Assembly: GCA_943789275.1 (NCBI GenBank)
Contig: CALSTM010000001.1
Coordinates: 1-32,000, forward strand
Length of the DNA: 32,000 nucleotides
Direction: 5' to 3'
Origin: Candidatus Poseidoniaceae archaeon
GTDB taxonomy: Archaea > Thermoplasmatota > Poseidoniia > Poseidoniales > Poseidoniaceae
The position numbers and the translations under genes were made by a program. This document shows, piece by piece, positions 15,377 through 25,064 of this stretch. Position 1 is the first letter of the stretch; every line of letters begins with the position of its first letter. The notes below the pieces were generated by a model. The model was not told the DNA's origin and did no database searches. It saw nothing but the letters and a program-made list of their open reading frames with translations.

Positions 15377-17188
15377 CTATTCCTGTTCAAAATAAAGGGA
15401 ATATTCATCGTTCCAATCGATGGACGTCGCCTTGAACCACTCTTCAGCGGAATCAAACGCTTCTTGCCCGGGATTCTTTCGTTTACGCTTGGCACGCTGT
15501 GAAATGAGTTTCCAAGCAGTCTTTTCGCCGATGCCTGGAATGGCCTCTAATTGCTTTTGAGACACTTTTTCTGCCTGAAGTCCGGTTTCAACCCCTGTGA
15601 TCGAACGAGCTCCGTGTCCAGTAACAACGACGGTCGATTGAGTTTCGAGCGGAATATGGTATTCGACGCCAATGAGTATTGGATAAGCACCGATTTGCCT
15701 TCCAAAGGTGATGCCGGCTTTACCTCGGCATGACTCCGCAGTATGCGCTTCATTGAGGTGCGCAGTAAGTCTCGTTCGACCATCATGCGTCTCCCAATGC
15801 ACACCGGATAATTTTTCACCCAAAGGGAATAATTCTTCAAGGAGTGGGCCATCAATGGTGTCGCGAACGTTAGTTTTGAACGTGTTAAACGCTTTTTGAG
15901 GAATGTCTTGAAATCCTTCTCCTTCGACTTGCCGGATGTTAATACGGCGCAATAACAAACCCTCTCGGCGAATTTCATGCAGTAAGTCAAGGTTCATCTG
16001 GTAACTCGCCTCTGTTTCACCGTTTAACCCAGCAATAAAATTGAGTCCAGGTAGCAACTTTGGCAAACCTCTTTCTCCACGAACTGAACCGTATGTATTG
16101 ATCAGTCGTATTGCTGACTTGAGTTGAGCAGGGTCGCAATTGAGCCAATTCGCTTCGTGGACACTTGGGTCAGCTGATTCAAGACCAAATGAAAGTACGG
16201 CGCCATCAGATAATGTCTCAACGAGCGTTTTTGTGATTGCTTCGGATTCTTCGAGGTTTTCAGCAATGATTGAGGGGTTGCCGTTGTCGGTGTGAAGGAT
16301 TCCTAAACGCTCATCATCGCGTAAACCATGAAGCAGTTTGGCAATCGGCTCTGGATTTGGAACTGGATATTCAAGTTCCTTTACGCCTTCTGCCATGTAG
16401 GTGTAGGTGTCGGTCATGCCTCCAAGCCGAACATGCTGCACTCCTCCATCGTGAGCTCGACGAACTTCTTCGATAATGTCTTCCGGAGTTCGCCAAATCG
16501 GGACACCCTTCTTTGGTTCAATACAGAATTTGCATCCACGCTTGTAACGTACACATCCTTGGTAGACTTCGACTTCGTAGGTGAGGGGGCCTTTCTTTTC
16601 GTCAGTGCCAAGGTCAGGATGGGTTGTTACTGCCTTACTTAACGCCCCAGCCTGAGCCCATCGCGTCCATTGTTCTGCGCTCCGACGAGTGTGCTTCCAC
16701 GCCCCAGTTTCAAGATAGGTGTTCAGCGTTGCATCCGTGTCTTGAACGGCCAAAAAGAGATTCTTCCGCAGTGGTGTCCATCCTTGTTGCCTCCAACCAC
16801 GAATCGCCCATCCACCAAACAAAGCCGGAATTGAATGCGGTAGGTCTCGTATAAGGCTACGAGTTTCCTTTAGAGACAGTGGAGTTCCACGCAGATAGCG
16901 CCCTGGTACAACGGCTCCAGCAATACAAGCAAACCCTTCAAGTGTGGAAAGTCGTTTTTTTGCCCACTCATCACCGTTGCTGCGAATCAAGTCTCTCCAC
17001 TGATCGATGGTGAGATAATCGTAGTCGACATTCGCTTCTTCAAGCACTCCACAAAGATAGCGGATATGAAATCCAACATAAGGTGGGACACCAAACGCAG
17101 CTGGCTCATCTTCATAGCCGTCAAGAATCAACCATTTGGGTGAATGCTGTTCGACCATGTTGGCTAACCTCAGGTCGGTTGGCTTCAA
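15377..17188 (-). CDS. radical-SAM-type Fe-S enzyme with C-terminal helix-hairpin-helix (COG1031-like, function unknown)
   Basis: The Cys cluster GCVRYKRGCKFCIEP (C-x6-C-x2-C) is a variant of CX3CX2C. About 600 aa. The C-terminal LEAIPGIGEKTAWKLISQR is an HhH motif. The TTG start at 17188 overlaps the csl4 stop (TTGA). An alternative ATG lies at 17158. Confidence 0.6.
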   Translation of the reverse strand: MKPTDLRLANMVEQHSPKWLILDGYEDEPAAFGVPPYVGFHIRYLCGVLEEANVDYDYLTIDQWRDLIRSNGDEWAKKRLSTLEGFACIAGAVVPGRYLRGTPLSLKETRSLIRDLPHSIPALFGGWAIRGWRQQGWTPLRKNLFLAVQDTDATLNTYLETGAWKHTRRSAEQWTRWAQAGALSKAVTTHPDLGTDEKKGPLTYEVEVYQGCVRYKRGCKFCIEPKKGVPIWRTPEDIIEEVRRAHDGGVQHVRLGGMTDTYTYMAEGVKELEYPVPNPEPIAKLLHGLRDDERLGILHTDNGNPSIIAENLEESEAITKTLVETLSDGAVLSFGLESADPSVHEANWLNCDPAQLKSAIRLINTYGSVRGERGLPKLLPGLNFIAGLNGETEASYQMNLDLLHEIRREGLLLRRINIRQVEGEGFQDIPQKAFNTFKTNVRDTIDGPLLEELFPLGEKLSGVHWETHDGRTRLTAHLNEAHTAESCRGKAGITFGRQIGAYPILIGVEYHIPLETQSTVVVTGHGARSITGVETGLQAEKVSQKQLEAIPGIGEKTAWKLISQRAKRKRKNPGQEAFDSAEEWFKATSIDWNDEYSLYFEQE

Positions 17189-18678
17189 TCCTTCTTCTCG
17201 CGTCGACGTCGAGGACGCTTCTTTGAATCCTCTTCCTCTTCACGAAGTGCTTGAAGTTCACGGGATGATTTACCACCGGAGTTGTCAGAACCACGCTTTT
17301 CACGGTTGTTACCGCCTTTCTTTCCGCCTTGAGATACATCGACTTTGATGCGTCGTCCGAGCAATTCAGAACCGTTGAGTTTAGAGACAATTTCTTCACC
17401 CTTATCCATTTCCTTGATGAAGGCAAAAGCGAATCCCTTTGGTTTTCCATCACCACTGGTGGCGATAACAAGGCCGTTGACGGTTGCCATACCATCGAAC
17501 ATGGCTCGGATGTTTTCTTCAGTTGCCTTGAACGGAAGATTTCCGATGTAAAGTTTGAGTCCTTCAGGGTCCTTACGCTTTTCTCGCTTGCCCTTCTTGT
17601 CATCGCTGTCAGCATCTCGCACACCGATTTTACGGCCGTTGATTTTGTGGCCGTTGAGTTTTTCAGCTGCCGCATCCGCTTGAGACTTTTCAGAGTAAGT
17701 GACGAAACCGAATCCTCGGTTGACACCATTATCATCGGTCAACACAATACAATCGGTCATGTCGCCGTGTTCAGCAAACAGTGCACGAAGTTCTTCAGTT
17801 CCAACTTCACGCGGTAGGCCACCAACAAACAATCGGCAACCTGGTGCGTTTCGTGGACGGCGTCCTTTACCACCGCTCTCGCCTTCGAATCGGAAGTAGG
17901 TACGTTCACGGCCGTCTTCACGGACATCTGCTGCGATGAAGGTTGCTCGTCCTGCTGGTCCCTTGCCAAACATGGCCTCTGCAGCAGCACCCCAGCGCTT
18001 ACCGGAGTTGTTGAGCGCACTTGCACCTTGGTCGAGTTCAGCCCAACCAGCGCCGTAGTTGTCAGCGAGTGCTCGGTACGATTGGTAGTTGCATGTTGGA
18101 CATCGGACGTTCCAATCTCCATCGAGGTCAGCGCCCAACACATCGCCACACGATGGGCATATGGCATGGAGTACACCGCAGTCGTCACGGTCACGGAAAC
18201 TGATGCGTAAAACGGGGGATGTTTCTTTGACTTCTGCTCGACAGACATCTCGTCGTCGAACTGCGTCAGCGGTTTGGTGCATGTAGCGGTCGACTATTCC
18301 AGTGACGTGAAACTGACCGTAGAGGTGTTCAGGCAGAACGCTACCGGGCTTGCCTTCGATGCAAAGAACCTGAGCCTCTCCGTTCTTTTCGTTGAGTTTG
18401 ACAATTTCACAAAGCACGGTATCGCCGACTTCTGGTGTGACAATTTCCTTTTGAGCGGCAACGATGGCGATGCCGTCTTGAATTGAAAACATGCCTGTTG
18501 CGGTTGCTAAAATCGATCCATTGACTTCAATGGTTCCATCTCCAGCCTCGCATTCTGCTGAGGTTGATACTTGTGTTCCGGGGGTGACGAGGCTCGGCGT
18601 CATATTTTTCATTCCTGTAGCAAACATGGCCTGAGGTAGGTCGCATGCTGTTTCGCTTGATTGAACCGGTGTGTTCAC
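17185..18678 (-). CDS. csl4: exosome cap subunit Csl4 (N-domain + S1 + Zn-ribbon) fused to two C-terminal RRM domains and a basic tail
   Basis: Residues ~30-205 carry VTPGTQV..., GDTVLCEIVKL...AQVLCI (S1) and CPSCG...x...CPTCN (Zn-ribbon), as in archaeal Csl4. RRM1 spans aa 282-355 (RNP2 LFVGGL, RNP1 RGFGFVTY). RRM2 spans aa 374-448 (LYIGNL, KGFAFAFI). The Lys/Arg-rich tail is KKRPRRRREKKD. Confidence 0.85.
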   Translation of the reverse strand: MNTPVQSSETACDLPQAMFATGMKNMTPSLVTPGTQVSTSAECEAGDGTIEVNGSILATATGMFSIQDGIAIVAAQKEIVTPEVGDTVLCEIVKLNEKNGEAQVLCIEGKPGSVLPEHLYGQFHVTGIVDRYMHQTADAVRRRDVCRAEVKETSPVLRISFRDRDDCGVLHAICPSCGDVLGADLDGDWNVRCPTCNYQSYRALADNYGAGWAELDQGASALNNSGKRWGAAAEAMFGKGPAGRATFIAADVREDGRERTYFRFEGESGGKGRRPRNAPGCRLFVGGLPREVGTEELRALFAEHGDMTDCIVLTDDNGVNRGFGFVTYSEKSQADAAAEKLNGHKINGRKIGVRDADSDDKKGKREKRKDPEGLKLYIGNLPFKATEENIRAMFDGMATVNGLVIATSGDGKPKGFAFAFIKEMDKGEEIVSKLNGSELLGRRIKVDVSQGGKKGGNNREKRGSDNSGGKSSRELQALREEEEDSKKRPRRRREKKD

Positions 18679-18713
18679 CCCTTTTCAACCCCTCATATGG
18701 AGCGGTCGTGACC

Positions 18714-19367
18714 TCAATCCTCTTCCTCGAGCAACTTGGCGTCTCCGGGAAGATGAAAGCGCCAACACAACACAGTGGTAGCAGCCTTGCGCTTTGTGTG
18801 GTGCTGGTAGGTTGGAGGGAGGCGGAAATTAGTTTCCAGCATTGCTTCAGATTCGTAGCCGTATTCTTCTCCAAGTGCCTGCAGATGTTTGGATTTTGAA
18901 CTGTGAAGCACGTGGACAACCGGTGCTCCCAGCGAAAAGGCGTATTCAAGCAAAGGTCGGTCCGCCTTTGGAGTTTGCACACCCCATGGAGGATTCATCA
19001 CGACGAGATCAGGAGTTTGAGCGGGATGTACAGTCTCTTTTGTCACGTGTTCGTGCACAACTTCGCCTCGACCGCTGCAACGCAGGTTCACTTTCTCGGT
19101 ATTTGCCCTTGCAACTTCAACGACTTCGAGGTCCGCTTCCATCATCGTGACGTGTTCTGCACCGAGGAGTAGGCAACCGCATCCAAGGACTCCATTGCCG
19201 GCTCCGAGGTCGAGTACACTTTTCCCTTCAAGGCCATCGACTTGGTCGATTCCAAGAAGCCAATACGAAGCAAGGTCACCTTCAGTTGCGTATTGTTCAA
19301 GTTCCACAGATGTACAGGGGTGCGGTGATAATTTGGACAATTCAATGGCCAAATGTTTGGGACGCAT
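18714..19367 (-). CDS. class I SAM-dependent methyltransferase, METTL5/COG2263-like predicted RNA N6-adenine methylase
   Basis: Motif I is VLDLGAGNGVLGCG and motif IV is VVMNPPWG (NPPW, an amino-methyltransferase signature). About 215 aa. It lies immediately upstream of csl4. Confidence 0.8.
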   Translation of the reverse strand: MRPKHLAIELSKLSPHPCTSVELEQYATEGDLASYWLLGIDQVDGLEGKSVLDLGAGNGVLGCGCLLLGAEHVTMMEADLEVVEVARANTEKVNLRCSGRGEVVHEHVTKETVHPAQTPDLVVMNPPWGVQTPKADRPLLEYAFSLGAPVVHVLHSSKSKHLQALGEEYGYESEAMLETNFRLPPTYQHHTKRKAATTVLCWRFHLPGDAKLLEEED

Positions 19368-19371
19368 TCAA

Positions 19372-19581
19372 TCACCAGCGGGGCTGTTGATTGTACTGGT
19401 TTTGTTGATACTGCTGCTGTTGTTGAGCAAGAGCTTGTGCTTGAAGGCGCATGTAGTGAATTTGTTCAGCCTCATGGCGAAGTCGGGCAAGCAATTGTTC
19501 TCCAGGTTGTTGATTTCCACAAAATCTGCAGAATCGAATGCCATCTTGGTGTTGTTGTCCGCAACTGATACAGAATCCCAT
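19372..19581 (-). CDS. small zinc-ribbon protein with Gln-rich tail
   Basis: MGFCISCGQQHQDGIRFCRFCG gives CxxC-x11-CxxC. GGAGG lies ~8 nt upstream of ATG 19581. The C-terminus is QAQALAQQQQQYQQNQYNQQ. The stop is 4 nt before the methylase start. The longer track ORF (to 19719) overlaps the upstream gene. Confidence 0.5.
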   Translation of the reverse strand: MGFCISCGQQHQDGIRFCRFCGNQQPGEQLLARLRHEAEQIHYMRLQAQALAQQQQQYQQNQYNQQPRW

Positions 19582-19627
19582 GCGCTTGCCTCCATACCGT
19601 CCTTGAGTCGAATCAACTTGAACCTTC

Positions 19628-20764
19628 TCATTGCATCGATGCCAATTGCAAGAACACCGGCCAAGTTTCGAATCCTTCAGCAGTCGCTCTTTCGTTGAGG
19701 TTTTCCCATCGCGGGTCATCCATGATGTCGGATGCCGCTACACCTGCGGCTAAGAGCCCAGTCACGAGCTCTCGGAATTCACGCTCAACCTCAGACATTT
19801 CAGGTTCAGGCTCGGGTTCGACCTCAGGGATGGGGATGCTTGCTGGAGCTTCTGTGGCAACTGCCTCAACATGCGTGTGTTGTTCAGGTGGCACAGGTGC
19901 AGCCCTCTTGGATTCAGCGCCAGGCGGCAGTGGTACAAACGCGTGTTCTACTGCTGCAGGAGTTGCCTCTGGTTCAGGTTCTGCGTTTGGCAACTCCACA
20001 TGTGCGGTCTCATCGAGTTCTGCACTTTCCGTCATTTCAGCCAGCATGTTGGTGGAAAAATCATCCATCATTTCGTTCATGTTTGCTTCAGAGGCTTGGG
20101 CCACTGCGGGTGCAGCAACGGGCATGTCTTCTGGAGCAACTTCTGTAATTTTCGCCTTCTTTTGGAGTCGGCCAACACCCAACACTTCTGCTTGCTGCCG
20201 AGCGAGTTCAGCGGCTTGACGTCGTGGGAGGCTAACAAAACATTTGCCAGGGACTGAGCTGACAGGGAAGGGGAGGAAGTAACGCTCAAGCGGGGGTAGG
20301 GACGGGTGACGGAAGCACAAGATCCGTTGCGATTCAAACGCCCGCTGACTGGGTAAATTCATCGAGAAGGGAACGGGGGAGATTTCGATTGAACTTCGTA
20401 ACCATTGTTCGTTACTGATGAGATGCTGCATCCAAGGTCCCAAATCTGGGCTTGCTATATCGACGAATTGGAAGGAGGCATCCCGTGGATTGAACTGTTG
20501 TTTTTCAAGCAAGGGGGCCTCTTCACGAGGTCGATGGAATACGGTGAGTACCGGTTGACCATGTTCGACCATATCACCATGCAATTCCATCAGCTTTCGT
20601 TCTTTACGAGGGCAAATGAGAAGAATGAGCATTCGTGCAGCATTTTCATCCCAGATTTCTCCCCATCGAGCCTCAGCCTCGTTGGCGAGTTGTCCGAGGG
20701 TCATGTCGGGAATCATTGCTGTAATACCCATGTCCGCACCAAACCGAGGGTGTGGTCGAGGCAT
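19628..20764 (-). CDS. hypothetical protein, globular N-half and acidic Pro/Glu/Ala-rich C-half
   Basis: 378-aa ORF in the same directon. No motif was recognised. Low-complexity EPEPEATPAAVE.../PEVEPEPEPE segments are present. Confidence 0.55.
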   Translation of the reverse strand: MPRPHPRFGADMGITAMIPDMTLGQLANEAEARWGEIWDENAARMLILLICPRKERKLMELHGDMVEHGQPVLTVFHRPREEAPLLEKQQFNPRDASFQFVDIASPDLGPWMQHLISNEQWLRSSIEISPVPFSMNLPSQRAFESQRILCFRHPSLPPLERYFLPFPVSSVPGKCFVSLPRRQAAELARQQAEVLGVGRLQKKAKITEVAPEDMPVAAPAVAQASEANMNEMMDDFSTNMLAEMTESAELDETAHVELPNAEPEPEATPAAVEHAFVPLPPGAESKRAAPVPPEQHTHVEAVATEAPASIPIPEVEPEPEPEMSEVEREFRELVTGLLAAGVAASDIMDDPRWENLNERATAEGFETWPVFLQLASMQ

Positions 20765-20784
20765 TTATGCCTGCTGATGATTCG

Positions 20785-21876
20785 TTAAGCCTGTGAGAAT
20801 CGTCCCTCGATTAGTGCCAGTTCTGCCAGGAAAAGAGTGCCACCTGCAGCACCTCGAATCGTGTTGTGTGAATATCCGGCGAATGAAATTGAATGTGGAG
20901 ACTTGATTTCAATGTTACCGACGACGACCGCCATCCCGGTTTTCAAATTGATGCTCGGGTCGGGGTTGGTGGTGAATTGAATGCCATCGGACCATAGATG
21001 CTCGGAGACATCGATGCGTTCGACCAGATGCAAGGGTCGATGAGGCGCACTTGGGCACGATTTAGCCACCGTTTCCCAATCATGCGAACGTAATGCTTCG
21101 GTGACCAACTCTCTTGTGACCGGGTCAGAGAATTCCACTTCAACATAGACTTGATGGCCATCAGGGCGAGCGACACGTTGACAGTGAACTTCAACATCAA
21201 ATTCAGCAGGAGTGACGTGCACATGTTCGATTTCACCAAAGACGTGAAGCAACTCTTCACACACCTTCTCTGCTTCCCCAGGAATGTCTGGGCTGAGGTG
21301 ACCTGCATGTGCGTCTTGGTCGTAAAGGAGCCTCCATCCAGCGCCCGAAAGCGCCTGTTCACTCCGCATGCTTACCCTTTCAATCCCAAAACCACGAAGT
21401 GCAGCAAGAGGGGATGCCAAAGGCACGAGGGTACAATTTGTTCCACAAGCATGGGCTCCTTTGGATGATGCAAACGCCATCATGTGGTCAGGATTAACAT
21501 CAGGAATCACCAGTGGAATTCCTTCTTCTCTGCGATGGTGGCTGGCGTTTGAAAATACGGCAATTCCAGCTTTTGTCAGTGCTGATTCGATACGTTCTGC
21601 AGCTTCACTTGGAAGACACGAAAAAGCAACTTCAATCTCTAAATCGAGCATATCTTGAACAAAAGAGGTGCCCAGAACATCATGAACAACCAGTGAGGGG
21701 ATGTCCGGTCGGTTTTCCTGCAGTCGCCAAGGTACATCGTTCAGCAGAGTGCCAGCAGTTGAAGCACTCCCGCCCACGGCTTTCATCTCAAACCAGGGGT
21801 GATGATGCAAACGTTGTTGCATTCTCTGGCCGACCAATCCAGATGCTCCGAGGACGACGGAAGGTCTTCGGCGCAT
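20785..21876 (-). CDS. asd: aspartate-semialdehyde dehydrogenase (archaeal type)
   Basis: VVLGASGLVGQRMQQRLHHHPWFE matches the N-terminus typical of archaeal ASADH. The active-site Cys lies in GTNCTLVPL. The C-terminal motif is HNTIRGAAGG. Confidence 0.8.
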   Translation of the reverse strand: MRRRPSVVLGASGLVGQRMQQRLHHHPWFEMKAVGGSASTAGTLLNDVPWRLQENRPDIPSLVVHDVLGTSFVQDMLDLEIEVAFSCLPSEAAERIESALTKAGIAVFSNASHHRREEGIPLVIPDVNPDHMMAFASSKGAHACGTNCTLVPLASPLAALRGFGIERVSMRSEQALSGAGWRLLYDQDAHAGHLSPDIPGEAEKVCEELLHVFGEIEHVHVTPAEFDVEVHCQRVARPDGHQVYVEVEFSDPVTRELVTEALRSHDWETVAKSCPSAPHRPLHLVERIDVSEHLWSDGIQFTTNPDPSINLKTGMAVVVGNIEIKSPHSISFAGYSHNTIRGAAGGTLFLAELALIEGRFSQA

Positions 21877-21914
21877 GGTGTCTGCTCCACTGTGGATGTT
21901 TTGAGCCTTGTCGT

Positions 21915-22649
21915 TTATCGAATGTTGAGGTTTCCTTCACCAACTTGATTTTGGTGGGGCGATGTGAAAATCCGGCGGACCAAGAGTTTTCTAAAAATAT
22001 TCCATCCGTCTTTGACCGAACCAAGTTTAGCCTCACCAAGCCGTTTACTGTATCGGATAGCAATATGGCTCATGTCGAGGTCTTCTGCAGCACAAGAGGT
22101 GTACATTTCGGCTTCGATTTCGAATCGCATAGAATTCAATTTAAGCATTGAAACAGCCTGTTTTGAAAACCCCCAGTATCCGGAACATAGGTCGTTCATC
22201 GGAACGCCGTAAAGCGCAACAGCGATCCACGTCAGTACATGGTTTCCAAAGTAATTGGTCCGCGTCATTGCGTCAGGGTCCATGGCTCCACGTAATCGGT
22301 CTCCGATGACGACATCCGCATGTTCTAATTTTTTCAAAAACTTTGGAATCTCTTCAGGGTGATAGGTTCCATCTGGGTCAAGCATGACCAGAGCATCATA
22401 ATCGGCTTGTAGAAAGTGAAGAAACCCGAGGCGCATGGCTGCGCCTTTTCCTTTTCCTTGCTGCTGAAGTAATTCACAACCGCTTTCTTGAGCCACTTGT
22501 GTCGTTAAATCTTTACTCCCTCCATCGATGATGAGGACTTTCGACTCCCATCCCAGTTCAGACATTTCTCGTACTGGTAAGCGAGGTAACACATCAGCCA
22601 ACCCTTCCTCCTCGTCCAAGGTAGGAAGCAGTATCATGACTCGCTTCAT
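21915..22649 (-). CDS. family 2 glycosyltransferase (dolichyl-phosphate sugar synthase-like)
   Basis: MKRVMILLPTLDEEEGL, IIDGGSKDLT and the DxD motif in MLDPDGTY. Start ATG at 22649 (or 22655). The longer track ORF would overlap the upstream gene. Confidence 0.8.
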   Translation of the reverse strand: MKRVMILLPTLDEEEGLADVLPRLPVREMSELGWESKVLIIDGGSKDLTTQVAQESGCELLQQQGKGKGAAMRLGFLHFLQADYDALVMLDPDGTYHPEEIPKFLKKLEHADVVIGDRLRGAMDPDAMTRTNYFGNHVLTWIAVALYGVPMNDLCSGYWGFSKQAVSMLKLNSMRFEIEAEMYTSCAAEDLDMSHIAIRYSKRLGEAKLGSVKDGWNIFRKLLVRRIFTSPHQNQVGEGNLNIR

Positions 22650-22689
22650 GCACATAGCAGACACAGTTTGCCTTTGATGACTTCGCTCA

Positions 22690-25026
22690 TTAGGCAGCAG
22701 AAGTCTTGATTTCAAGCCAATGTAGGCGTATTCCAGTTGAATCCAGCAGTACATCACTCCTTCCCGATAATCCCAGCGGATTCAACCAACGGTGTGCAGT
22801 TGTACCAGTTGGCCATTCCAATTCGAGCGTACCCGTTGAAGCGTTTATGTTCTCTTCAAAGCATACACTGTGCCATCCGGCGTTCAATTGTACGGTCGAC
22901 GACGTTGCATTGAATGAACCGCCTAACGACAGCGTAACTTCACTGAGGTCTCCAATCGCTTCGAGGGCCAAGCACGCTTGACCGGACGACAAATCCGGTG
23001 AAGTAAACGACAGCATGGCATTGTTACCTTCGGCAATAAACGCTCGAGAAGTGCCCAGTTGCAGTGGGTCACGGAATCGGTGTCCAGACCAGGGGTCCGG
23101 GCGTAATTCACACCCGTCTGCACACGTTGATTCAGTCAACGTCGCAAAAGTCGATGAATCCGCTTTCCCCATCGGGTCAAGAACCCAGAGAACGCTACCT
23201 CGAACTTCGACCAATGGACTCCAATACGCAGACTGCGCCAAGAACCAGCCTACAGTGCCCAGAGGAGAGGACAGGGCATGCGTAACATCGAGACCTTGCA
23301 GGGTCTCAATGGAATCTGAGTACACGGCAGTCGTCGCGTTGGATTGGATGCTTGTCTCAATTTGAATGAGGCCAAGCGTGGGTATACTGGTTGTAGCAAC
23401 GTTCGCAGGTGCAGCGCTGACATACCCCCAATGGGCGTTTTCCGTGTAGACCACACTTCCGTCCGGCAATTGTGCTAATTCGTCATACAGAACGGTATCA
23501 CCGGCTGCATAGGCTTGAAGCTCTTGATGCTCAGCGACTTGCAGGAGTATCATGTTCCCAAACAGGACTCCCAAGAGAAGCGTCACAGAAAGCGCAGCCG
23601 TGAGGTAACGGTGCATATGCGGGTCCCATCCCACGGTAAGCAGGTTTTGTTTCTCATCAATCGAGGTGAGGCAGGTTGTCTGACTCCACCACAACGCTAC
23701 CAAAGCGGCCAATGGAATGTGGAAGGCGTGAAGACCCATCGAATACAAGGTGTAGGAAAGCAAAGAAAGCACAGGTATTTGTTCGAGTCCTTCGATAATG
23801 TGGATTGAGGTCAACAGCCACAAACCAGTGAACCATACGGCTAACAAGCGCCCTTCAATGGTATGGCGCAGTTTCCATGCACTGGACAAACCGAGCAACA
23901 GTAGAATCCCGTTGTACATCAGCATCGGGCGTCCACCTTGCCATCCATATTCAGCAAACACAGCAGCATCCAGCATTCTTGGAGCAAGAATCACAAGTGC
24001 TATTGCCGCTGCCATGGTGAGAAGAATTGAACTGGTGAGCAGGAGTTTCTTGATGTTCTCCCCATGGGTCTCACTCAAACTCAATCCGATTAACAAGTGT
24101 GCAAGCATGAGCATCCCAAGGTATGTGGCACCGGTCGGATGAATCATCAACACGCAGAAAAAGGCAACGACAAAACCAGTGGTGTGATGCTTACCGCGCG
24201 TCGAACTTGGCCTGAGCAACACCAACAGTCCAACGACCAATCCAAGTTGACTTGCGACTGTTGGATAGCCTGAGTCGAATGTTTTTGCAAACAAACCGGC
24301 TCCAAACGCCATCGATAACACCCCATAGGCTCCCGCACCGTGACGGTCCATGGCCCCGCCAATACCAAGAAGAAGTACCGCCAAACTGTAGTGTCCAAGT
24401 GTGAAAACCGCTTCACTCGCCTGAAGGTTCAGAGATTCCTGTACCCATGCTGCAAGAGATGGGAATCCGGGAGGATAGGTCCAAAAACCCGTATTTGTTC
24501 CTGAAAGTGAAAGGTCGCCAACCGATGAAATTTGATGGGTTAGGGTTGAAAACCCAATCCAGTCGACGCCAAAGGGAGAATCCATGAGAAGCGGTAAGGT
24601 GAAGCAACTGAGGATCACCGTGGATGCCAGAGCCAGTCGCCATGGATTTCTCTGATTTTGCAGCCACCGTTGTGCAGCGACTTCGTCACTGATGGCTTCT
24701 TCTGGAGTGCCGTAGACTTCACCGTGCATTGCTCGTTCCAGTTTTTGCCAAGACGTGAGCGTTTGAGCCATTTTCTTTCTCGTACGAAGTTGGGAGACTG
24801 CAAGGGTGTTAATCAGCAAAAGAAGGGCACACATCAGCCCCCATGTCCACAGCCCCGACAGCAGAACGAGGCCCGACAATCCGTAGACCAGCAGCAGGCC
24901 GAGTGCAGGGGCGAGCGCGAATTTTCGCAACTTGTCCGCACTCGCATCAAGCACTCGGCAGAGTGCATATCCTGGCAGGAAGGTCACCGACAGCAGAAGG
25001 GCCGCTGTCATCAACATAGCATTCAC
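22690..25026 (-). CDS. polytopic membrane protein with large C-terminal extracytoplasmic domain; possible GT-C-type glycosyltransferase
   Basis: 778 aa. There are many hydrophobic segments across aa 1-~480, then a soluble ~300-aa tail. It lies directly upstream of the GT2 gene on the same strand. No AglB WWDYG motif was seen, so the function is inferred from architecture and context only. Confidence 0.5.
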   Translation of the reverse strand: MNAMLMTAALLLSVTFLPGYALCRVLDASADKLRKFALAPALGLLLVYGLSGLVLLSGLWTWGLMCALLLLINTLAVSQLRTRKKMAQTLTSWQKLERAMHGEVYGTPEEAISDEVAAQRWLQNQRNPWRLALASTVILSCFTLPLLMDSPFGVDWIGFSTLTHQISSVGDLSLSGTNTGFWTYPPGFPSLAAWVQESLNLQASEAVFTLGHYSLAVLLLGIGGAMDRHGAGAYGVLSMAFGAGLFAKTFDSGYPTVASQLGLVVGLLVLLRPSSTRGKHHTTGFVVAFFCVLMIHPTGATYLGMLMLAHLLIGLSLSETHGENIKKLLLTSSILLTMAAAIALVILAPRMLDAAVFAEYGWQGGRPMLMYNGILLLLGLSSAWKLRHTIEGRLLAVWFTGLWLLTSIHIIEGLEQIPVLSLLSYTLYSMGLHAFHIPLAALVALWWSQTTCLTSIDEKQNLLTVGWDPHMHRYLTAALSVTLLLGVLFGNMILLQVAEHQELQAYAAGDTVLYDELAQLPDGSVVYTENAHWGYVSAAPANVATTSIPTLGLIQIETSIQSNATTAVYSDSIETLQGLDVTHALSSPLGTVGWFLAQSAYWSPLVEVRGSVLWVLDPMGKADSSTFATLTESTCADGCELRPDPWSGHRFRDPLQLGTSRAFIAEGNNAMLSFTSPDLSSGQACLALEAIGDLSEVTLSLGGSFNATSSTVQLNAGWHSVCFEENINASTGTLELEWPTGTTAHRWLNPLGLSGRSDVLLDSTGIRLHWLEIKTSAA

Positions 25027-25064
25027 TTCCAGCCTTAGGTTTTCATTGTTCGGCTAACAATCAA

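Noticed and set aside
17121-17817. Alternative-frame and antisense ORFs (17121-17735 minus, 17329-17817 plus) over the RRM region
   Set aside because: They overlap the strongly supported RRM-encoding frame. Their sequences are low-complexity by-products.
19695-20257. Plus-strand Ser/Ala/Gly-rich ORFs opposite the 378-aa hypothetical gene
   Set aside because: They are the antisense of the acidic Pro/Glu/Ala low-complexity region and fall inside a continuous minus-strand directon.
21513-22151. 212-aa plus-strand ORF bridging asd and the GT2 gene
   Set aside because: It is antisense to two motif-supported genes and crosses their intergenic gap.
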